This document shows, one piece after another, positions 24,357-28,485 of a stretch of 28,485 bases of DNA. A program made the translations under genes and the position numbers. The DNA is from Myxococcota bacterium (GTDB taxonomy: Bacteria; Myxococcota; XYA12-FULL-58-9; JALHOP01). Under the pieces are notes generated by a model, which saw nothing but the letters and a program-made list of their open reading frames with translations, did not search any database and was not told the origin of the DNA. Location of the stretch: the NCBI GenBank assembly GCA_041288095.1, contig JBGGMJ010000130.1, positions 1 through 28,485 of the forward strand. Reading direction: 5' to 3'. The number at the start of each line of letters is the position of its first letter. Within the stretch, counting starts at the first letter, position 1.

Positions 24357-24423
24357 ACAGGCCGTCGGCTTCACGGGCGTGCGCATCACGCTGCCCAAGA
24401 AGAACCGCGTCGACGGTCTCTAG
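23854..24423 (+). CDS. Small outer-membrane beta-barrel protein, paralog 3
   Basis: Signal peptide (ALA/DH), WWDLNGNGHW, YLLLGINV, GGNIGGGVEY and VEGKYVISSAEQAVGFTGVRI. Confidence 0.85.
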   Translation: MRFTPLVAALAVTAVAVPALADHTVVQFGPAYGSEIKTLGGHVGVYYGFRNEGDAEYTTFRFGLEADAFFPKSGDTVDGSSKLSWWDLNGNGHWLFLEPDEVPVAAYLLLGINVARIGRSFTYDAGVVPRDEDTHAWKLGGNIGGGVEYRFGSVAIFVEGKYVISSAEQAVGFTGVRITLPKKNRVDGL

Positions 24424-26106
24424 ATGTCTTGCGTGCGCGCTTCCTTTCTATGCCTCGTAGCCCTGCTCACGGCTTGTGGTGATACGCCCAAGCGGACATG
24501 GCCACGGGTCGCCCCGAGGGCGCCAACGCAGCGCGCGACCGATCATCGCGGCGACGACGACCTGCTATCGGCGGGCCTGGGGCTCGCGGGCCTGCAGTCA
24601 GCGACGCCGCCCCCTTTCGCGGACGTGGCGCGGCCGACTCCCACGGAGTTGCGACGCCGGGCCATCTGGTCGAGCTGGCGTGGCATCGCCGATGTCGCCA
24701 GCCTCGCGGCTGTCGCCAACGTGCCCGGCCGCGAATTCACGGCGTTGCTTACGCTACCCACCTCGAAGCAACCGCATCGCGTCGTCGTGCAAGTGCCGGA
24801 TGGCTTCGACCTCGAGCACCGCTGCTTGGTCGTCGCGGCTTCGTCGGGATCGCGCGGGGTCTACGGCGCCATCGCGGTCGCGGGCGCGTGGGGGCTGCCT
24901 CGCGGTTGCGCCGTCGCCTACACCGACAAGGGCGCGGGCAGCGACTACTTCGACCTGGCGAGCGACACGGGTGTCCGCTTGGACGGAACACGCGGGACCC
25001 GCGGTGAGGCGCTCGCGTTCACGCCGGCGTCTGGCGCCGGCGGCGTCGCCGTAAAACACGCGCACTCCGGAGACAATCCCGAGAGTCTCTGGGGCAAGTA
25101 CGTGCTGCAGGCAGCCGAGCTCGGGCTCGAGGCGTTGCACGAGGCCTATCCACTGGCGGGTGACTTCGACTTCGAATCGACGCGCGTCATCGCAACCGGC
25201 ATCTCGAATGGCGGTGGAGCGGCGCTGCGCGCGGCGGAGGTGCCGGGGTTCTGGCTCGACGGCGTCGTCGTAGGCGAGCCCAACGTCAACGCGCCCGGCG
25301 GCCGTCCACTGTTCGATTACGCCACCGAAGCGGCGCTGTTCATGCCGTGCGCGCTGCTCAAGAATGTCGCTCGCTGCGCCTCGCTCGCCGGCGCCGGCAT
25401 GGTGACGGGAACGACGCTGTCCGCTCGCGCCGACAACGCGCGGGAGATCTTGCGAACCAGCGGCTTCACCGATGAGGCGCTGGCGACAGGCACCGACGTC
25501 ACCGCGGCGGATCTGTGGCGCGCCATCGCCGTAAGCTACGCCTCGGCCTACAGCGCCGCCGGACCGGCGGACCATCCATGCGGCTACAGGCTTGCCCTGC
25601 TCGCCGAGGACGGCGCCGAGCGGCAGGCCACCGAGAGCGAGCGCGCTGCTTGGTACGCCGATGCTTCCGGCATCCCCCCCGGCAGCGGCGTCGCTATCGT
25701 CGACACCAAAGCGAGCGGCGACGACCCAACGTTCGCGGGGCTCGAGTGCTTGCGCAAGCTGGTGGTCACGCCCACGGTCGGCGACGCCATCGCGGCGACA
25801 CGCGCCGAGCTCGCGCGGCCCGGCCTGCCGGTGCTGATCGTCCACGGCACCCACGACGGGCTCATTCCCGAAGCCTTCAGCAGCGCGCCGTACGTCGCCG
25901 TCTCGCGGATGGAAGGTCGCGTCGTCCGCGCCTGGCGAGTCGAAGGCGGCCAGCACTTCGACGCCTTCTTGGCGAGGCCCGGCTACCGCGAACGTTACGT
26001 CGCTCTCCTGCCGCACGTGCACGCCGCGCTCGACGCGCTGTGGACGCACTTGGACGGCACTACCCCGATGCCAGCGGACCAGTGGATCGCGAAATCTCGG
26101 CCTTGA
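24424..26106 (+). CDS. D-(-)-3-hydroxybutyrate oligomer hydrolase family protein (3HBOH), predicted lipoprotein
   Basis: DDLLSAGLG, ELRRRAIW, SSGSRGVYGAI, GCAVAYTDKGAG, KHAHSGDNPE, nucleophile-elbow GISNGGGA, IVHGTHDGLIP and QHFDAF. Lipobox LTA/C. The ATG directly follows the upstream TAG (alternative GTG at 24433). Confidence 0.88.
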   Translation: MSCVRASFLCLVALLTACGDTPKRTWPRVAPRAPTQRATDHRGDDDLLSAGLGLAGLQSATPPPFADVARPTPTELRRRAIWSSWRGIADVASLAAVANVPGREFTALLTLPTSKQPHRVVVQVPDGFDLEHRCLVVAASSGSRGVYGAIAVAGAWGLPRGCAVAYTDKGAGSDYFDLASDTGVRLDGTRGTRGEALAFTPASGAGGVAVKHAHSGDNPESLWGKYVLQAAELGLEALHEAYPLAGDFDFESTRVIATGISNGGGAALRAAEVPGFWLDGVVVGEPNVNAPGGRPLFDYATEAALFMPCALLKNVARCASLAGAGMVTGTTLSARADNAREILRTSGFTDEALATGTDVTAADLWRAIAVSYASAYSAAGPADHPCGYRLALLAEDGAERQATESERAAWYADASGIPPGSGVAIVDTKASGDDPTFAGLECLRKLVVTPTVGDAIAATRAELARPGLPVLIVHGTHDGLIPEAFSSAPYVAVSRMEGRVVRAWRVEGGQHFDAFLARPGYRERYVALLPHVHAALDALWTHLDGTTPMPADQWIAKSRP

Positions 26107-26139
26107 CCGCGACTTTCACCCCTCCTAGAGCCATGGAGA

Positions 26140-27384
26140 ATGTACGCTCCCTTGCTCCTCGCGCTCGCCGTCGCCGCCGACCCCGGGACTCCTAGCGCCG
26201 TCTTCGTGACCACCGAGGTCGACGCGGAGTTGCAACAGCGCATCCTGCGCGTCACCGACTGGAACAACGCGCTCGACCGCACCGTCCTCGACATGACCGA
26301 AGCGCAGCGCCGGCTCACCGACCTCCCGGCGCCGCGTATCGTCGACGTCGCGGCGATGCGACGCACGCTCGAGACCGCCACCGACCGCGACGCGAGCTTC
26401 GACACGGCGGGCGCCCTGGCGCTACGCCGGGAGGTGCTCCAGGCCTACGACAACTCGGTGCTGCCGAACGTGGAGCTGCAGGTGTTGGCCGCCACGGCAT
26501 CGCAAGACATCGCCGCCTCCGAGCTCGCCGAGGGCCACGAGAAGGAAGCGCTCGAAGCCGCGCGCACGGCCCAGCGTCGCTTCCCCAACGTACCCCTCGA
26601 TTCGAAGCGCCACCCGCCGCAGGTCGCCCAGCTCTTCAAACGCGCCGCGGTCGAGCTCAAGCGCGCCCCGACCGGCGAGCTCACCATCACCAGCAACCAG
26701 CCCGCCCGCGTGATGGCGGACGGCATCGCCCTCGGCAAGATCGATCGCAAGCTCACCGTAAAACTGCCGCAAGGCACCTGGCGCATCTGGCTCGCCGACG
26801 ACAACGGCACCTCGTTGCAGCACCACGTCGCGGTCGCCTCGACACCCGTGACCGTGGACATCGACCTGGCGCTCGAATCGTCACTCTCGTGGACCACCGT
26901 GCCCCTGCTGCGCTGCCAGGACACCTGCGACGCCTTGCTCGCCCGCCTCGCCGCGCGCGTGCGCACCGACGAAGCCGTGGGCTTGTCCTTGAGCGACGAC
27001 CCCGGCGCCCCTGCTACCGGCCTGTTCGTGCGCACCGACGGCGGCACGACGACGAGCAAGCCAGTTGTCGCTTTAGCGGACCTGACACCAACGTTGGCGA
27101 CGACCGCGCAGGCCCAACAGCCCGACCGTTTTTCGGCGTGGTCACTCGTGCCCTTCGGGGTCGGCCAATTCGCGCAAAAGCGTTACATCGCCGGCAGCAT
27201 CTACGGGGCGGTGCAAGCGGGGCTGCTCGCGTGGAACATCGCCGAGGCGTCACGCGGCACCAACGAAGACGCGGCGGCCGAGAGCGACCGGCGCAAGCGG
27301 CAGAACCTGTCAGCGGGTCTGTTGGTGGGCGCCATCGTGGCGAGCATCACCGAGGCAATCGTCGTCGATGCGATGAGCGACTAG
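26140..27384 (+). CDS. Exported protein with helical region, PEGA-like domain and C-terminal hydrophobic segments
   Basis: Short signal peptide MYAPLLLALAVAA. PEGA-like GELTITSNQPARVMADGIALG...VKLPQGTWRI. C-terminal SLVPFGVGQF plus two hydrophobic helices. Confidence 0.75.
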   Translation: MYAPLLLALAVAADPGTPSAVFVTTEVDAELQQRILRVTDWNNALDRTVLDMTEAQRRLTDLPAPRIVDVAAMRRTLETATDRDASFDTAGALALRREVLQAYDNSVLPNVELQVLAATASQDIAASELAEGHEKEALEAARTAQRRFPNVPLDSKRHPPQVAQLFKRAAVELKRAPTGELTITSNQPARVMADGIALGKIDRKLTVKLPQGTWRIWLADDNGTSLQHHVAVASTPVTVDIDLALESSLSWTTVPLLRCQDTCDALLARLAARVRTDEAVGLSLSDDPGAPATGLFVRTDGGTTTSKPVVALADLTPTLATTAQAQQPDRFSAWSLVPFGVGQFAQKRYIAGSIYGAVQAGLLAWNIAEASRGTNEDAAAESDRRKRQNLSAGLLVGAIVASITEAIVVDAMSD

Positions 27385-28484
27385 TACAACCCGGTCAGAT
27401 AGTAGAACCCGATCGCCACGAACACCGCCATCGTCTTGATGCAGGTGATCGCGAAGATGTCGCGATAGCTCTGCCGGTGCGTGAGGCCCGTCACCGCGAG
27501 CAGCGTGATCACCGCGCCATTGTGCGGCAGCGTGTCCATGCCGCCGCTCGCCATGCTGGCGATGCGGTGGAGCACCTCGGGGGAGATACCGGCGGCGTTG
27601 GCGGCGGCGATGAACTGCTCCGCCATCGCGGCCAGGGCGATGCTCATGCCGCCCGAGGCCGAGCCGGTGATGCCGGCCAGAGTCGTGACGGTGATGGCTT
27701 CGTTGACCAGTGGATTGGGGATGGCCGAGAGCGCGTTCTTCACCGCGAGGAAGCCGGGGAGCGCCGCGATGACGGCGCCGAAGCCGTACTCCGATGCCGT
27801 GTTCATCGAGGCGAGCAAGGCACCAGCGACCGCGGCCTTGGTGCCGTCGGCGACTTTGACGATGATTTGCTTGTACGCCAAAGCGAACACCACGACGATA
27901 CCCGTGACCAGCGCGCCCAAGACCGCCCAGATGGCGGTGACCGACGAGAGCTGCGTCACCAGCGGTTTCGTCATGCCCGCGAGCTGCACCTCGACGGACG
28001 AGGGGTACGCAGCGGCGATCCAGCGGGTGTAGAGAAAATTCGAAACGCCGACGACGACGAGCGGCACCACCGCCACCAGCGGATGCACGAGGCGCGACGC
28101 ATCGACCTGCTCGGGCTCCTGAGCGTGGCCGGTTCCGTAGCCTTCACCCGCGGCCGCTGCCTGGCGCCGGCGCCAATCGAGGTAGAGCATGCCGACGGCG
28201 AGGATGAACACGCCGCCGAGGCAACCCAAGATGGGCGCGGCCCAGGTGTTGGTGCCGAAGAAGGTCGTCGGGATGATGTTCTGGATCTGCGGCGTGCCCG
28301 GCAGCGAGTCCATCGTGAAGGTGAAGGCGCCGAGGGCGATGGTGCCGGGGATGAGGCGCTTGGGGATGTTGGCGCCGCGGAAGATCTCGGCGGCGAACGG
28401 ATAGACCGCGAAGACCGCGACGAAGAGCGATACGCCGCCGTAGGTGAGCAGCGCGCAGACCAGGACGATCGAGAGGATGGCGTT
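27381..28484 (-). CDS. GntP-family permease, probable D-beta-hydroxybutyrate permease subfamily; 5'-truncated by the window edge
   Basis: The frame is open to the right edge (NAILSIVLVCALLTYGGVSLFV...IPKRLIPGTIALGAFTFTMDSLPGTPQIQN). Also LAGITGSASGGMSIAL and GGMDTLPHNGAVITLL. Its stop overlaps the convergent stop in CTAG (27381-27384). Confidence 0.9.
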   Translation of the reverse strand, partial: NAILSIVLVCALLTYGGVSLFVAVFAVYPFAAEIFRGANIPKRLIPGTIALGAFTFTMDSLPGTPQIQNIIPTTFFGTNTWAAPILGCLGGVFILAVGMLYLDWRRRQAAAAGEGYGTGHAQEPEQVDASRLVHPLVAVVPLVVVGVSNFLYTRWIAAAYPSSVEVQLAGMTKPLVTQLSSVTAIWAVLGALVTGIVVVFALAYKQIIVKVADGTKAAVAGALLASMNTASEYGFGAVIAALPGFLAVKNALSAIPNPLVNEAITVTTLAGITGSASGGMSIALAAMAEQFIAAANAAGISPEVLHRIASMASGGMDTLPHNGAVITLLAVTGLTHRQSYRDIFAITCIKTMAVFVAIGFYYLTGLY

Positions 28485-28485
28485 G

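Noticed and set aside
1..28485. CRISPR arrays, tRNA/rRNA, IS elements, integrases, prophage genes
   Set aside because: Intergenic gaps are all under about 75 bp. I saw no spaced repeats, RNA-gene signatures or transposase/integrase motifs by eye.

Overview
GC-rich, very gene-dense bacterial chromosomal window. The PEGA, TPR and HEAT proteins and the composition suggest a Myxococcota/Deltaproteobacteria-like organism (inference only). I see no rRNA, tRNA, CRISPR array or mobile element. The left 10.7 kb is the unusual part: a tightly coupled three-gene unit. It comprises (i) a giant HEAT-repeat protein, cut by the left edge, ending in an intact vWA/MIDAS domain, (ii) a ~130-aa protein that reads like a stand-alone degenerate AAA+ core, and (iii) an 1847-aa helical protein ending in two tandem dynein/midasin/MoxR-type AAA+ modules. 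These two modules are degenerate in a complementary way: module 1 has Walker A/B but no Arg finger, and module 2 has an Arg finger but no Walker A/B. Together they look like a split, midasin (Rea1/MDN1)-like bacterial mechano-ATPase. The rest is aguBA (agmatine to putrescine), cydAB, a small orphan, an orphan ParB-like protein, a TPR lipoprotein divergent from a membrane protein plus GT-C glycosyltransferase pair, aceE, three tandem paralogous small outer-membrane beta-barrels, a 3-hydroxybutyrate oligomer hydrolase, a PEGA-like exported protein, and a GntP-family (probable 3-hydroxybutyrate) permease cut by the right edge. All family assignments come from reading motifs by eye, not from database searches.
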